56,357 nt of DNA from Christensenella sp. UBA6406 (GCA_002438625.1 DJPS01000023.1:1-56357); one strand, 5' to 3'; shown: positions 20,905-29,614, counted from the stretch's first letter. Notes: a model not told the origin generated them from the sequence alone. Translations and numbers: made by a program.

Positions 20905-22815
20905 TTATGTATTTAATTGAACAACATTACCAACATTTAAAATTGTGCCAGCATTAGGGAATTGACTAACTATAAAATCACCATCCCCACTTATTTCATA
21001 TTGAAGATTTAGTTTAATTAAAGTCTGCACTGCCTTTGCTAAACTTTGTCCAACTAAATTAGGCATTTCAACTGTTGTCTCTTCAACATCAACATTATCA
21101 CTAATTGGTAGATATCCTTTATAATCAATGATACCTTTAATTACTTCTTTTGCGTAAGGAGATGCAGCAATACTTCCATAATAAGAACCCGCTGTAGGTT
21201 CATCAACAATAAATAAAATTACATAATCCGGCTTATCACAAGGGAATGCTCCAAAAAATGAAGCGATATAAATGCCTGCAATTTTGCCATCCACATATTT
21301 TTGCGTTGTTCCCGTTTTCCCACCAACACAATAATTAGGAATAAATGTATTTTTACCCATAGGTCGTGAAACTGCTTCTTCCAAAAACATTCTTATTGTA
21401 GCACTGACATCTTCACTAATAACATTGCGGACTTTCTTATTATTAGCCATATAAACCGTTTTGCCGTTGCAATCCGTTATACTTTTTGCTAAATATGGCG
21501 TCATTAAATTACCACCATTGACAGTTGCGGATAATGCTGTAATTAATTGAATTGGTGTTACAGCAATCGCTTGGCCAAATCCCATTCTTGCCAAATCCAC
21601 TTTTTTTGCAACATTTTTATCCATCATTATACCGCCACTTTCGCCATAAAAATCTATACCCGTTTTTTGCCCAATGCCAAATTTTTCTAGCATTGCGTAA
21701 AAATTGTCTATACCCATTCTTAGTGCCAAATCAATAAAAACACTGTTGCAAGAATTGCAAAAGCCATCCGTGAATGTTTGTTGACCGTGTCCAACTGATT
21801 TCCAACACTTTATTTTATCTCCGTCAACAACACGGTAGCCAGGGTCATAAAATGGGTCAGTCGTTTTCACAACGCCTTCACTTAAAGCACACGCACTTGT
21901 GATTATCTTAAAAGTTGAGCCAGGTTCATATATGTCCACTACTGCCATATTTTTTGCCATTGCCATTAAATTTGATATATCATCCCTTGGAATGTTATTT
22001 AAATCAAAAGAGGGTTTGCTTCCCATTGCTAAAATTTCGCCCGTGTTTGGATTCATAACAATTCCCGTAACCTTTGTTGCTTTTTGTTCTTCTAACGCTT
22101 TTTTCATAGCATCTTCCAAAAGCATTTGAATTTTAGAATCTAATGTAGTTGTTATATTAAGTCCTGGGGTTGATGGCAAATAATAATCTAGTGTGTTATC
22201 TAATTCTATACCCTGAACATCCGCTTGTGTCAAAAGCACGCCATTTATGCCAGTTAGCATTTCATTATAATACGCTTCAATTCCTGACTGCCCCACTCCA
22301 TCAATAGTTGTAAAGCCTAAGACTTGTGAAAATAAATCTCCATAAGGATAATTCCTTATATTATTTTGACTTAAAACAACACCTTTTAAATTTAATGCCT
22401 TTATTTGATTGACTTCATTTTCTTGTGCTTGCATTTTAATTAAAGACTCTGAAACTCCACGATTAACAACTTTTGCATAAACTTTTTCAAAGTCTAAATT
22501 TAAAATTTGACTTAATGCATTGCTAACCGCAACTGCATCATCCACATTTCTTGCTCTAACATAAACATCATAACTTGAAGAGCTTATTGCAATCGCACTG
22601 CCATTTCTATCAAACACAGACCCACGTTTTGCTTTTAATGGGACATCCCTAGTCCATTGGTCAACAGCTTTTGCCTGCAACCACGAGCCATCAATAAGTT
22701 GAATAAATCCTAATCTAAAAACAATTACGACAAACAAAAAAGTTATTAGCATACTTAACACTAATAACCTCTTTTGTAAAAAACCAATTGAATAACGACT
22801 TAAACCTTCTTTCAA
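20905..22815 (-). CDS. Class B penicillin-binding protein (PBP2B/FtsI type) with C-terminal PASTA domain
   Basis: Motifs STFK, SCN and KTGT, one TM helix and one PASTA repeat at the C-terminus. Start re-called to TTG at 22815: GGAGG lies 8 nt upstream, and this removes the 41-nt overlap with ftsL. Confidence 0.85.
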   Translation of the reverse strand: MKEGLSRYSIGFLQKRLLVLSMLITFLFVVIVFRLGFIQLIDGSWLQAKAVDQWTRDVPLKAKRGSVFDRNGSAIAISSSSYDVYVRARNVDDAVAVSNALSQILNLDFEKVYAKVVNRGVSESLIKMQAQENEVNQIKALNLKGVVLSQNNIRNYPYGDLFSQVLGFTTIDGVGQSGIEAYYNEMLTGINGVLLTQADVQGIELDNTLDYYLPSTPGLNITTTLDSKIQMLLEDAMKKALEEQKATKVTGIVMNPNTGEILAMGSKPSFDLNNIPRDDISNLMAMAKNMAVVDIYEPGSTFKIITSACALSEGVVKTTDPFYDPGYRVVDGDKIKCWKSVGHGQQTFTDGFCNSCNSVFIDLALRMGIDNFYAMLEKFGIGQKTGIDFYGESGGIMMDKNVAKKVDLARMGFGQAIAVTPIQLITALSATVNGGNLMTPYLAKSITDCNGKTVYMANNKKVRNVISEDVSATIRMFLEEAVSRPMGKNTFIPNYCVGGKTGTTQKYVDGKIAGIYIASFFGAFPCDKPDYVILFIVDEPTAGSYYGSIAASPYAKEVIKGIIDYKGYLPISDNVDVEETTVEMPNLVGQSLAKAVQTLIKLNLQYEISGDGDFIVSQFPNAGTILNVGNVVQLNT

Positions 22816-22819
22816 TTGC

Positions 22820-23338
22820 CTAACCTCCAAAAATAGAAGAAACAAATTTGCAAAACTCATTAAACCAATTTGTTTGCTCTGAAACTTCTTTTAACTCAAC
22901 TTTTGGGACATCAACAATCAATATATCATCATTTACTTTTGCATCAGCACTAAAACCAGCATCTTTCGCACGTTCAATTATTGAACTTTCACTTGATAGT
23001 CCTTTAATTTGTGCCTTTAAGTCATTAATTTGTGCTTGCTCACTACCTATCGTCCCTTCAAGAGATGATATGCTAGCACTTAAATTTGACATAGCAATAA
23101 AATTATAAATGAATAAGAACATTAGTAAACTCAAAACCGAAAAGAAGCAAATAATTCTAACTTTACCCAAAACATTCGTTTTTGATTTCGCCACATTTGC
23201 ATTTCTCGCATTTATGCTAGTTTGATTATTATAAATTGAAGATGTCCTTGGTCTATTTTCGTAGCCATAACCATAACCGACATTTGTTGCATATTCATTG
23301 CTAACATTTGTCCCAACAATATTTCTCATTTGCTCCAT
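22820..23338 (-). CDS. ftsL: Cell division protein FtsL-like
   Basis: 172 aa bitopic protein: N-terminal N/Y/G-rich tail, TM helix, then coiled coil (ISSLEGTIGSEQAQINDLKAQIKGL) and IERAKDAGF. Located between rsmH and pbp2B. GGAGG upstream of the start. Confidence 0.6.
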   Translation of the reverse strand: MEQMRNIVGTNVSNEYATNVGYGYGYENRPRTSSIYNNQTSINARNANVAKSKTNVLGKVRIICFFSVLSLLMFLFIYNFIAMSNLSASISSLEGTIGSEQAQINDLKAQIKGLSSESSIIERAKDAGFSADAKVNDDILIVDVPKVELKEVSEQTNWFNEFCKFVSSIFGG

Positions 23339-23401
23339 ATAATATATTCCTCCATCATTAATTTTATTACTTTTTTATTACTTATAAATTATTTTTTTAG
23401 T

Positions 23402-24334
23402 CTAAATCCTTTCCACTATTCTCAATTTAGCACTATGACTTCTTTTGTTAGTTTCTATTTCTTCTTCTGTTGGCAACATTGCCTTTCTAGTAACTAATTT
23501 AACTTTTGCTCTATGATTACATACACATATAATCGCACTTGGTGGACATATGCAGTCTAAGCTTAAATCTTTAAATGTATGCTTAACAATTCTATCTTCT
23601 AAAGAATGGAAAGTTATAACACATATTCTCCCGCCGACATTTAACCTATCCACCATATCACATAAAGTTTCTTTAAGCCTATTTAGTTCTCCATTAACTT
23701 CAATTCTTATTGCTTGAAAAGTCTTTTTTGCTACACTTCCACCCCTGTTTTTAATTTTAGAAGGATAAACTTCTTCAATTATTTCAACAAGTTGCTTTGT
23801 CGTTTTAATTGGTTCCTTTTCTCTATGTCTTATAATATTTGATGCTATTTTTCTTGAAAATCTTTCATCACCATATTCCCATATAATTCGTGCTAAATCT
23901 TCACAAGCATAACCATTAACAACATCGTATGCAGATAACTCTTGCTCTTTATTCATCCGCATATCCAAACATCCATCATTAATATATGAAAAGCCTCTTT
24001 CCGCATTATCTAATTGATAAGATGACACCCCTAAATCAAGTAAAATTCCATCAACTTTATCAATTCCTAATTCATCCATAATCTTAGCAAAGTTTTTAAA
24101 ATCATTATGAACAATCTTAAAGTTGCTTGAAATTTCACTTAGTTTCTTGCTACTGCTTTCAATGGCATCCAAATCCTTATCAATAGCAATCAATTTTCCA
24201 TTCTTTAATCTTTTTAAAATTTCACTGCTATGTCCTGCTCCGCCCAAAGTGCCATCCACATATATGCCGTTATCTTTTATATTCAATCCTTCAATGCATT
24301 CATTTAGCATAACAGGAAAATGACTAAACTCCAT
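23402..24334 (-). CDS. rsmH: 16S rRNA (cytosine1402-N4)-methyltransferase
   Basis: 310 aa. Motifs [26 protein letters not shown] and FHSLEDR. Confidence 0.95.
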   Translation of the reverse strand: MEFSHFPVMLNECIEGLNIKDNGIYVDGTLGGAGHSSEILKRLKNGKLIAIDKDLDAIESSSKKLSEISSNFKIVHNDFKNFAKIMDELGIDKVDGILLDLGVSSYQLDNAERGFSYINDGCLDMRMNKEQELSAYDVVNGYACEDLARIIWEYGDERFSRKIASNIIRHREKEPIKTTKQLVEIIEEVYPSKIKNRGGSVAKKTFQAIRIEVNGELNRLKETLCDMVDRLNVGGRICVITFHSLEDRIVKHTFKDLSLDCICPPSAIICVCNHRAKVKLVTRKAMLPTEEEIETNKRSHSAKLRIVERI

Positions 24335-24752
24335 ATTGACTTAAATCTCCTAATATAGTATCAAAATCTTCGTTATCATTATACTCTTTCCATTTATCTT
24401 CATCCCAAAGCTCTATTCTATTTCCCACACCAATGCTTACGACATTCTTTTTTATGCCAGCGAATTCTCGCAAATTTTGTGGCAAAATAAATCTACCTTG
24501 AGCATCTTCCTCAACAACAAATGCAGATGAAAACAACATTCTAATTGATTTTTGTGCTTTTACATCACTAAGTGGCACAGACTTCAATTTCTCATTCATA
24601 AGATTTTCCATTTCATCACTGGAATATACAAACAAAGAATTGCTAGACCCTTTCATTATTATATAACCACTTCCAAGTTGGTTTCGTAACTTGGCAGGAA
24701 TTCTTAGTCTATTTTTTTCATCTAGTTGATGATGATATTCACCAAGTAACAT
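24324..24752 (-). CDS. mraZ: Transcriptional regulator MraZ
   Basis: Start re-called to the ATG at 24752 ([23 protein letters not shown]) with GGAGG 4 nt upstream. Contains two SpoVT/AbrB-like repeats. Confidence 0.9.
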   Translation of the reverse strand: MLLGEYHHQLDEKNRLRIPAKLRNQLGSGYIIMKGSSNSLFVYSSDEMENLMNEKLKSVPLSDVKAQKSIRMLFSSAFVVEEDAQGRFILPQNLREFAGIKKNVVSIGVGNRIELWDEDKWKEYNDNEDFDTILGDLSQYGV

Positions 24753-24799
24753 ACTCCCTCCTTTTGGACATATTTTCACTATCTTATTTTTCTAAAAAT

Positions 24800-24828
24800 A
24801 TTATACAACATTTTTTAACCACTTTCAA
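24800..24828 (-). promoter_or_regulatory. mraZ (dcw) promoter
   Basis: On the - strand: TTGAAA (24828-24823), 17-nt spacer, TATAAT (24805-24800), about 40 nt upstream of the mraZ ATG. Confidence 0.65.
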
Positions 24829-24845
24829 CCACTTTTGACCACTTT
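24818..24845 (-). promoter_or_regulatory. Putative MraZ operator: three direct repeats AAAGTGGT phased at 10 bp
   Basis: The + strand reads ACCACTTT at 24818, 24828 and 24838 (AAAGTGGT on the gene strand), exactly 10 bp apart. The repeats overlap the -35 box. Confidence 0.65.
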
Positions 24846-24940
24846 TTCTTAAAACAAATGCTCTATTAATTCTTTATAACCTTGAAAAAATAAAAGATAT
24901 AGCCAAATTTATGACAAAAAAATAATCAAAAAATTTTATC

Positions 24941-24980
24941 AAAAAAAGGATTATTTTTTTATTTTACCTTAAATAATCCT
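24941..24980 (-). terminator. Rho-independent terminator downstream of ung
   Basis: Perfect 10-bp stem AGGATTATTT (24947-24956) / AAATAATCCT (24971-24980), followed on the - strand by a 7-T run. It lies about 80 nt after the ung stop and insulates ung from the mraZ promoter. Confidence 0.65.
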
Positions 24981-25061
24981 AATTTTTTAAAAAATTTGTA
25001 CTATAAACTAACCTTTTACGCTAAAATTAAATTATATAAATTGATTTATAAAGTGCATAAT

Positions 25062-25724
25062 TTAAATTTGCCAATCTATTTCTTCTTTCCCTAAGCTTCT
25101 TAAAATGTCATTAGTTTTTTTGAAATGTCCACAACCTTCAAAGCCATATTTCACAGAAAAAGGGCTTGGATGTGTTGTTTTTAAAACAAAATGTTTTTGC
25201 TTATCAATCATATTTTCATATTCTTGTGCATGCCTACCCCATAAAAGAAAAACTACATTAGATAGATTGTCATTAATCAATTTAACAACCGCACTTGTAA
25301 AAGTCTCCCAACCATATCCCCTATGACTTGCAGGCATTCCCTCATTGACAGTCAATGATGAATTAAGCAATAAGACTCCTTGCTTAGCCCATTTTGTTAG
25401 GTTACCACAATCACTCATTTTATAACCATACTCGCTTTCAATTTCCTTATAAATATTTTTCAAACTAGGCGGTAATTTCACCCCATCGCAAACCGAAAAA
25501 GCAAGCCCATGTGCTTGACCTTTTTCGTGATATGGGTCTTGCCCAATTATCACCACCTTAACTTCATTAAGCGGAGTTAATTTAAATGCGTTATAAATTT
25601 GATTTTTAGGAGGAAAAACATTATGGCTCTTTGAATCTTCCATAACACTGTTTTTTAATTTTATATAATACTCTTTCACCCTTTCTTCATCCAAAAAAGT
25701 TTTCCAATCCATTTGACTTTGCAT
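25062..25724 (-). CDS. ung: Uracil-DNA glycosylase
   Basis: 220 aa. Motifs VVIIGQDPYH and HPSPFS. The only SD-like GGAG lies 16 nt upstream, so the exact start (25724 or 25712) is uncertain. Confidence 0.95.
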   Translation of the reverse strand: MQSQMDWKTFLDEERVKEYYIKLKNSVMEDSKSHNVFPPKNQIYNAFKLTPLNEVKVVIIGQDPYHEKGQAHGLAFSVCDGVKLPPSLKNIYKEIESEYGYKMSDCGNLTKWAKQGVLLLNSSLTVNEGMPASHRGYGWETFTSAVVKLINDNLSNVVFLLWGRHAQEYENMIDKQKHFVLKTTHPSPFSVKYGFEGCGHFKKTNDILRSLGKEEIDWQI

Positions 25725-25818
25725 GTCTACTATACATTATCTCCTTTGTAAATTATTAAATTTTGCTCAAAATGATAAGTGGATTGTTGTATAATAACTT
25801 AAAATTCAACAATCCACG

Positions 25819-26454
25819 TCACTTAACCGAAATTTCACTATTGTATTTATCACAACTATCTTTCAATGGACATTCAATGCATTTTGGTTTTATTGCTTTA
25901 CACATGTATCTACCAAAAAGAACCAGCATTTGATGCATTTCCGACCATCTTTCTTTTGGTAAAACTTTCATTAGTTGTTTTTCGCAGTCTTCTACATTAT
26001 CAGCTTTAACTAAGCCTAAACGATTTGCGACCCTAAATACATGCGTATCCACAGCAATGGTTGGAGTCTTAAAAACTGTTGATAAAACAACATTTGCAGT
26101 TTTCCTACCTACGCCCCTAAGTTTAATTAACGCATCTAAACTATTTGGCACTTCACCATTGTATTTTTCAACTATATCCTTACTGCATTCAATTATGCTT
26201 TTTGTTTTATTCTTATAAAATCCACAAGAACGAATGATATCTTCAACTTCTCCACTTTCAGCATTTGCCAAATCGTAAACTGTTGGAAATCTTCTTAACA
26301 ATATAGGCATTACTTGATTAACCCTTTTATCTGTGCATTGTGCCGATAATATAACTGCAATTAAAAGTGAATACGCATCTTTATACTCTAATTCGCATTC
26401 AGCATTTGGATACAATGATTTCAAACCTTTAAAAACAATTTCGCTCTTTTCCAT
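25819..26454 (-). CDS. nth: Endonuclease III
   Basis: 211 aa. HhH-GPD motif LIKLRGVGRKTANVV and C-terminal 4Fe-4S cluster loop C-x6-C-x2-C-x5-C (CKAIKPKCIECPLKDSC). Confidence 0.95.
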   Translation of the reverse strand: MEKSEIVFKGLKSLYPNAECELEYKDAYSLLIAVILSAQCTDKRVNQVMPILLRRFPTVYDLANAESGEVEDIIRSCGFYKNKTKSIIECSKDIVEKYNGEVPNSLDALIKLRGVGRKTANVVLSTVFKTPTIAVDTHVFRVANRLGLVKADNVEDCEKQLMKVLPKERWSEMHQMLVLFGRYMCKAIKPKCIECPLKDSCDKYNSEISVK

Positions 26455-26460
26455 ATAGCC

Positions 26461-26489
26461 ATTTTAACATATTCGCAAAAATTAAGCAA
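26461..26489 (-). promoter_or_regulatory. Promoter of nth with extended -10 box 6 nt from the ATG
   Basis: On the - strand: TTGCTT (26489-26484), 17-nt spacer ending in TGT, TAAAAT (26466-26461), GGCTAT, then ATG (26454). No SD. Confidence 0.5.
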
Positions 26490-26555
26490 TTATAATTAAA
26501 AAATTTTAATTTAATCAAATTATTTAAATCCATTAAAGCATTAGATAAATATTCA

Positions 26556-27590
26556 TTATTCAACAACTTCAATTTGCATCCTATGACTTTTGAGACTTGT
26601 TAGAACTTCATAAGGAATTGTTCCAATTAAAGAAGCCCAATAATCCGCATTATCACAAACAATAACTTCATCTCCTACGCAAACAGAGCCATCAACTTTT
26701 ACCATAAACATATCCATACATATGTTTCCAACAATAGGATATTGTCTGCTTTTTATTTTCACATAACACTGATTTGACAATTTTCTATTCACCCCATCAT
26801 AATAACCCAAAAATATAGTTGCTATAATACTATCATTTTCGCATTTATAAGTACCATCATATCCAACACACTCCCCCGCTTTAACATTTCGTAATGAAAT
26901 AATTTTAGATTTTATCCTAAGCACTTTTTTTAATCCACTTTCGCCATACCCATACATTGATAATCCAACTCGAACCATATCGTATTGCAATGCCTTATGT
27001 TCACAAGCTAAAGAATTTGAAATATGTTTAATAACTTTATTTTTAAACCCACCAGACATTTTCAAGTAATTGTTAAACTGCTTTTGCTTTTCATTATAGA
27101 AACTTTCACCACATTCTGCAAAATGCGAAAACACTCCAACAAGTTTTATATTTTTATGCAATTTTACAAATCTAATAGATTTTCTAAATTGATTTTCAAC
27201 AATGAAACCCAATCTATGCATCCCTAAATCAATTTTTAAATGCACTCCTATTGATAAATGCAATTTATTAATCATTTGCAAATCAGCATAATCATCAATC
27301 ATTATTTCAATATCATAAAAAGATGCCTTTTTATAATCAAATTCAAAAACTTTGCCAACACATAAAATAGGTTTAACGCAACCATTTCGCCTTAATTCAA
27401 TGCCCTCATCAACTGTCGCAACACCAAAATAATCTATATAAGGTTCGATTATCTTGCTAACAATTTTAGCACCATGTCCATACGCATCCGCTTTCATCAT
27501 AGCACAAAACTTAACACCTTTACTCAAATTTTCCCTTATTTTAGATATGTTATAAATTAAATTTCTTTTATTAATTTCAAAAATCGCCAT
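26556..27590 (-). CDS. alr: Alanine racemase
   Basis: 344 aa. PLP-lysine motif AMMKADAYGHG. C-terminal beta-domain with GNICMD. Confidence 0.9.
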   Translation of the reverse strand: MAIFEINKRNLIYNISKIRENLSKGVKFCAMMKADAYGHGAKIVSKIIEPYIDYFGVATVDEGIELRRNGCVKPILCVGKVFEFDYKKASFYDIEIMIDDYADLQMINKLHLSIGVHLKIDLGMHRLGFIVENQFRKSIRFVKLHKNIKLVGVFSHFAECGESFYNEKQKQFNNYLKMSGGFKNKVIKHISNSLACEHKALQYDMVRVGLSMYGYGESGLKKVLRIKSKIISLRNVKAGECVGYDGTYKCENDSIIATIFLGYYDGVNRKLSNQCYVKIKSRQYPIVGNICMDMFMVKVDGSVCVGDEVIVCDNADYWASLIGTIPYEVLTSLKSHRMQIEVVE

Positions 27591-27860
27591 ATATAAAAAT
27601 ATATGAGTAATGTTTTCATTTTGATAAAGATATTAAATTTTCATAATACTATACACTCGAAATTAATTTTAAAAACACAAAGAAATAAGTTAAATATTTA
27701 TAAAAATGGCAATTCATAAAAAATTTAAATTTTATTCTAAAATGCTTTACTTTATAATAAATTTATGTTATTATATCAATATTGCTGTGCTAACAATAAT
27801 TTTTGATTTTAAAATTAATTAGAAAAAATTGAAAAAAGTTAAAAAAATTTCTAAAAACAG

Positions 27861-27889
27861 TTGACAATAATCAAAATTTATAGTACAAT
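27861..27889 (+). promoter_or_regulatory. Promoter of the tRNA operon
   Basis: TTGACA (27861-27866), 17-nt spacer, TACAAT (27884-27889). An A-rich UP-like tract (27835-27858) precedes it. The first tRNA starts 37 nt downstream. Confidence 0.7.
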
Positions 27890-27925
27890 AATATTATCAC
27901 TTGAAGTGAGTGTTATAGTTTTTAA

Positions 27926-28001
27926 CGGGGTGTAGCGCAAGTGGTAGCGCATATGGTTTGGGACCATAGGGTTGGGAGTTCGAGTCTCTTCACCCCGACC
28001 A
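27926..28001 (+). tRNA. tRNA-Pro (UGG)
   Basis: Hand-folded cloverleaf: acceptor CGGGGTG/CACCCCG, anticodon loop TTTGGGA, T-loop TTCGAGT, encoded CCA. Confidence 0.9.
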
Positions 28002-28014
28002 CTAAAATTACTTT

Positions 28015-28091
28015 GGACCTTTAGCTCAGTTGGTTAGAGCAACCGGCTCATAACCGGTTGGTGCGGGGTTCGAGTCCCTGAAGGTCCACCA
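28015..28091 (+). tRNA. tRNA with CAU anticodon (elongator Met or lysidine-modified Ile2; not initiator)
   Basis: Acceptor GGACCTT/AAGGTCC with a paired 1-72. Anticodon stem ACCGG/CCGGT, loop CTCATAA, encoded CCA. The body resembles Ile2(CAU) tRNAs as I recall them, but identity cannot be settled by eye. Confidence 0.85.
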
Positions 28092-28106
28092 CTTTAAATT
28101 TTATTT

Positions 28107-28183
28107 GGCCCGGTAGCTCAGTTGGTTAGAGCGCTAGCCTGTCACGCTAGAGGTCGAGGGTTCGAGCCCCTTTCGGGTCGCCA
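28107..28183 (+). tRNA. tRNA-Asp (GUC)
   Basis: Acceptor GGCCCGG/TCGGGTC, anticodon loop CTGTCAC, T-loop TTCGAGC, encoded CCA. Confidence 0.9.
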
Positions 28184-28293
28184 ATAATATTGATATTTGC
28201 TTATTAATATTTATTTAAAGTGAGTGCAAAAGTAGTTTTTGCCTGAATAAAGTTTAACATTATATAGTTAATACATAAAGTTTACTTTGTTTT

Positions 28294-28369
<76 letters not shown>

Positions 28370-28435
28370 CTATTGGCAAGGTTTATTGGTAATTGGTAAA
28401 TTTAATAATAATGATGTTCATTTTATGAATATTAT

Positions 28436-28510
28436 GCTGGTGTGGCTCAATGGTAGAGCAGCTGACTTGTAATCAGCAGGTTGATGGTTCGATTCCGTTC
28501 ACCAGCTCCA
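28436..28510 (+). tRNA. tRNA-Thr (UGU)
   Basis: Acceptor GCTGGTG/CACCAGC, anticodon stem GCTGA/TCAGC, loop CTTGTAA, encoded CCA. Confidence 0.9.
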
Positions 28511-28518
28511 TTTTTTAA

Positions 28519-28603
28519 GGAAGAGTTCCAGAGCGGCCAAATGGAACAGACTGTAAATCTGTCGACTTCGTCTTCGGTGGTTCGAATCCACCCTCTTCCA
28601 CCA
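28519..28603 (+). tRNA. tRNA-Tyr (GUA), class II with long variable arm
   Basis: Acceptor GGAAGAG/CTCTTCC, anticodon loop CTGTAAA, 14-nt variable arm, T-arm GGTGG TTCGAAT CCACC, encoded CCA. Confidence 0.9.
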
Positions 28604-28612
28604 CTACATTAA

Positions 28613-28640
28613 AGCATTAGCTATTTGCTAGTGTTTTTTG
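28613..28640 (+). terminator. Terminator of the tRNA operon
   Basis: Stem GCATTAGC / GCTAGTG(T) including one G-U pair, loop TATTT, followed by TTTTTTG. It starts 10 nt after tRNA-Tyr. Confidence 0.6.
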
Positions 28641-28774
28641 TTATGCAAAGCAATCTACCTTTACCAATGATAAATGAATCATTTCATATTAGATTTTAAT
28701 CAATCAAATTTGTTAAATATAATTATAAAATTGCACAAGTTTTATAATGTTATCCCCCGCTCTATACCATTAAC

Positions 28775-28808
28775 AAAAAAGCAGATGCAAAATCTCACCT
28801 GCTTTTAT
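28775..28808 (-). terminator. Terminator downstream of the DUF1292 gene
   Basis: On the - strand: GCAGGTG / CATCTGC stem (7 bp, one G-U pair), then TTTTTT. It starts 9 nt after the stop at 28812. Confidence 0.65.
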
Positions 28809-28811
28809 TTA

Positions 28812-29132
28812 TTAATTATTTTTATTTGCTTCTTCAAATAATTTTTCGTATATGTCAAAAACTTTATCAATTACATCTTCTTCTTGGACCATAACAAGTT
28901 GTCTTTCACCTTCATCATTTTCTTGCAATTCAAAAACCATTGCCTCGTCATCGCTCATACCTTCTAGTGGCACAACAGGTTTCAAAATCGCATAATCATT
29001 TTCCTCAATTGGCACGATAGCAATTTGTTCAAACTCAACCGCCTCATCATCTGCATTATAAAGCACAATATTTTCAGTATTATTTTCATCAAATATAGCA
29101 TCAATAGCATTCATTTTTTCTTTTTCACTCAT
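28812..29132 (-). CDS. DUF1292 (UPF0473) family protein
   Basis: 106 aa acidic protein. IVLYNADDEAVEFEQIAIVPIEENDYAILKPV matches the DUF1292 pattern. Located after ruvX as in Bacillus (yrrK-yrzB). AAGGAG 8 nt upstream of the ATG. Confidence 0.7.
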   Translation of the reverse strand: MSEKEKMNAIDAIFDENNTENIVLYNADDEAVEFEQIAIVPIEENDYAILKPVVPLEGMSDDEAMVFELQENDEGERQLVMVQEEDVIDKVFDIYEKLFEEANKNN

Positions 29133-29144
29133 TTTACATTCTCC

Positions 29145-29564
29145 TTAAAAACTCTTTTTGTCTAAATAACTTTGAAGTATAATAGTTGCAGCAATTTTAT
29201 CTATAACGGTCTTTCGTTTATCTCGCCTAACATCAGCATCAATTAACATTTTTTCAGCAGAAACTGTTGTCAATCGTTCATCCATATAATCTATTTTGAT
29301 TTTTTCAGACAACATAGTCTTTAACTTTTCACCAAATTCTTTTGACTTATCGACTCTTTCACCTATTGTTCCGTCCATATTTATTGGCAAACCAATTACA
29401 ACAACGCCAACATCTTTCTCTTTAACCAAAGAAACTATATGCTCAAAATCCGCATCAGTTTTTTTTCTTGAATAAGTTTCGTAACCGTTGGCGATAATGT
29501 GCATAGGGTCGCTGAAAGCGATTCCTATTCTACTATCTCCAAGGTCTAAAGCCATTATACGCAT
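29145..29564 (-). CDS. ruvX: Putative pre-16S rRNA nuclease / Holliday junction resolvase-like YqgF (RuvX)
   Basis: MRIMALDLGDSRIGIAFSD N-terminus and GLPINMDGT motif. The start is chosen by alignment to YrrK/YqgF; the track start at 29576 is GTG. The exact start is uncertain (29564 or 29555). Confidence 0.85.
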   Translation of the reverse strand: MRIMALDLGDSRIGIAFSDPMHIIANGYETYSRKKTDADFEHIVSLVKEKDVGVVVIGLPINMDGTIGERVDKSKEFGEKLKTMLSEKIKIDYMDERLTTVSAEKMLIDADVRRDKRKTVIDKIAATIILQSYLDKKSF

Positions 29565-29614
29565 AACTAAATACACTACCTAATTATTTATTTAAGATTA
29601 CTCTTATAGATATA

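Noticed and set aside
24324-24334. Three gene pairs overlap by exactly 11 nt: mraZ/rsmH at 24324-24334, murD/ftsW at 16989-16999 and galU/amidohydrolase at 54364-54374.
   Set aside because: These are ordinary out-of-frame stop-start overlaps consistent with translational coupling. The identical length appears coincidental and the sequences are unrelated.
25687-25737. A 16-codon out-of-frame uORF (ATG 25737) overlaps the ung start. It sits closer to the only GGAG than the ung ATG does.
   Set aside because: The SD-ATG spacing is only 3 nt and the peptide has no features. Such short ORFs are frequent by chance, so there is not enough evidence to call it.
27591-27615. alr (ATG 27590) and trmFO (ATG 36308) also lack an SD and have -10-like hexamers (TATATT) 6-7 nt upstream.
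   Set aside because: Neither has a credible -35 box at 17 +/- 1 nt, and TATATT-like hexamers are common in this A/T-rich DNA. These are mentioned only as weak companions to the ruvC, pcrA and nth cases.
27603-27719. A 38-codon + strand ORF in the alr/tRNA intergenic region.
   Set aside because: It has no SD, no promoter in a suitable position and a low-complexity K/N/I-rich product. It lies in the A/T-rich upstream region of the tRNA promoter.
28015-28091. Whether the CAU tRNA is the initiator tRNA-fMet.
   Set aside because: Positions 1-72 are a G-C pair, not the initiator C-A mismatch, and the anticodon stem lacks the three consecutive G-C pairs. It is an elongator Met or an Ile2 tRNA.
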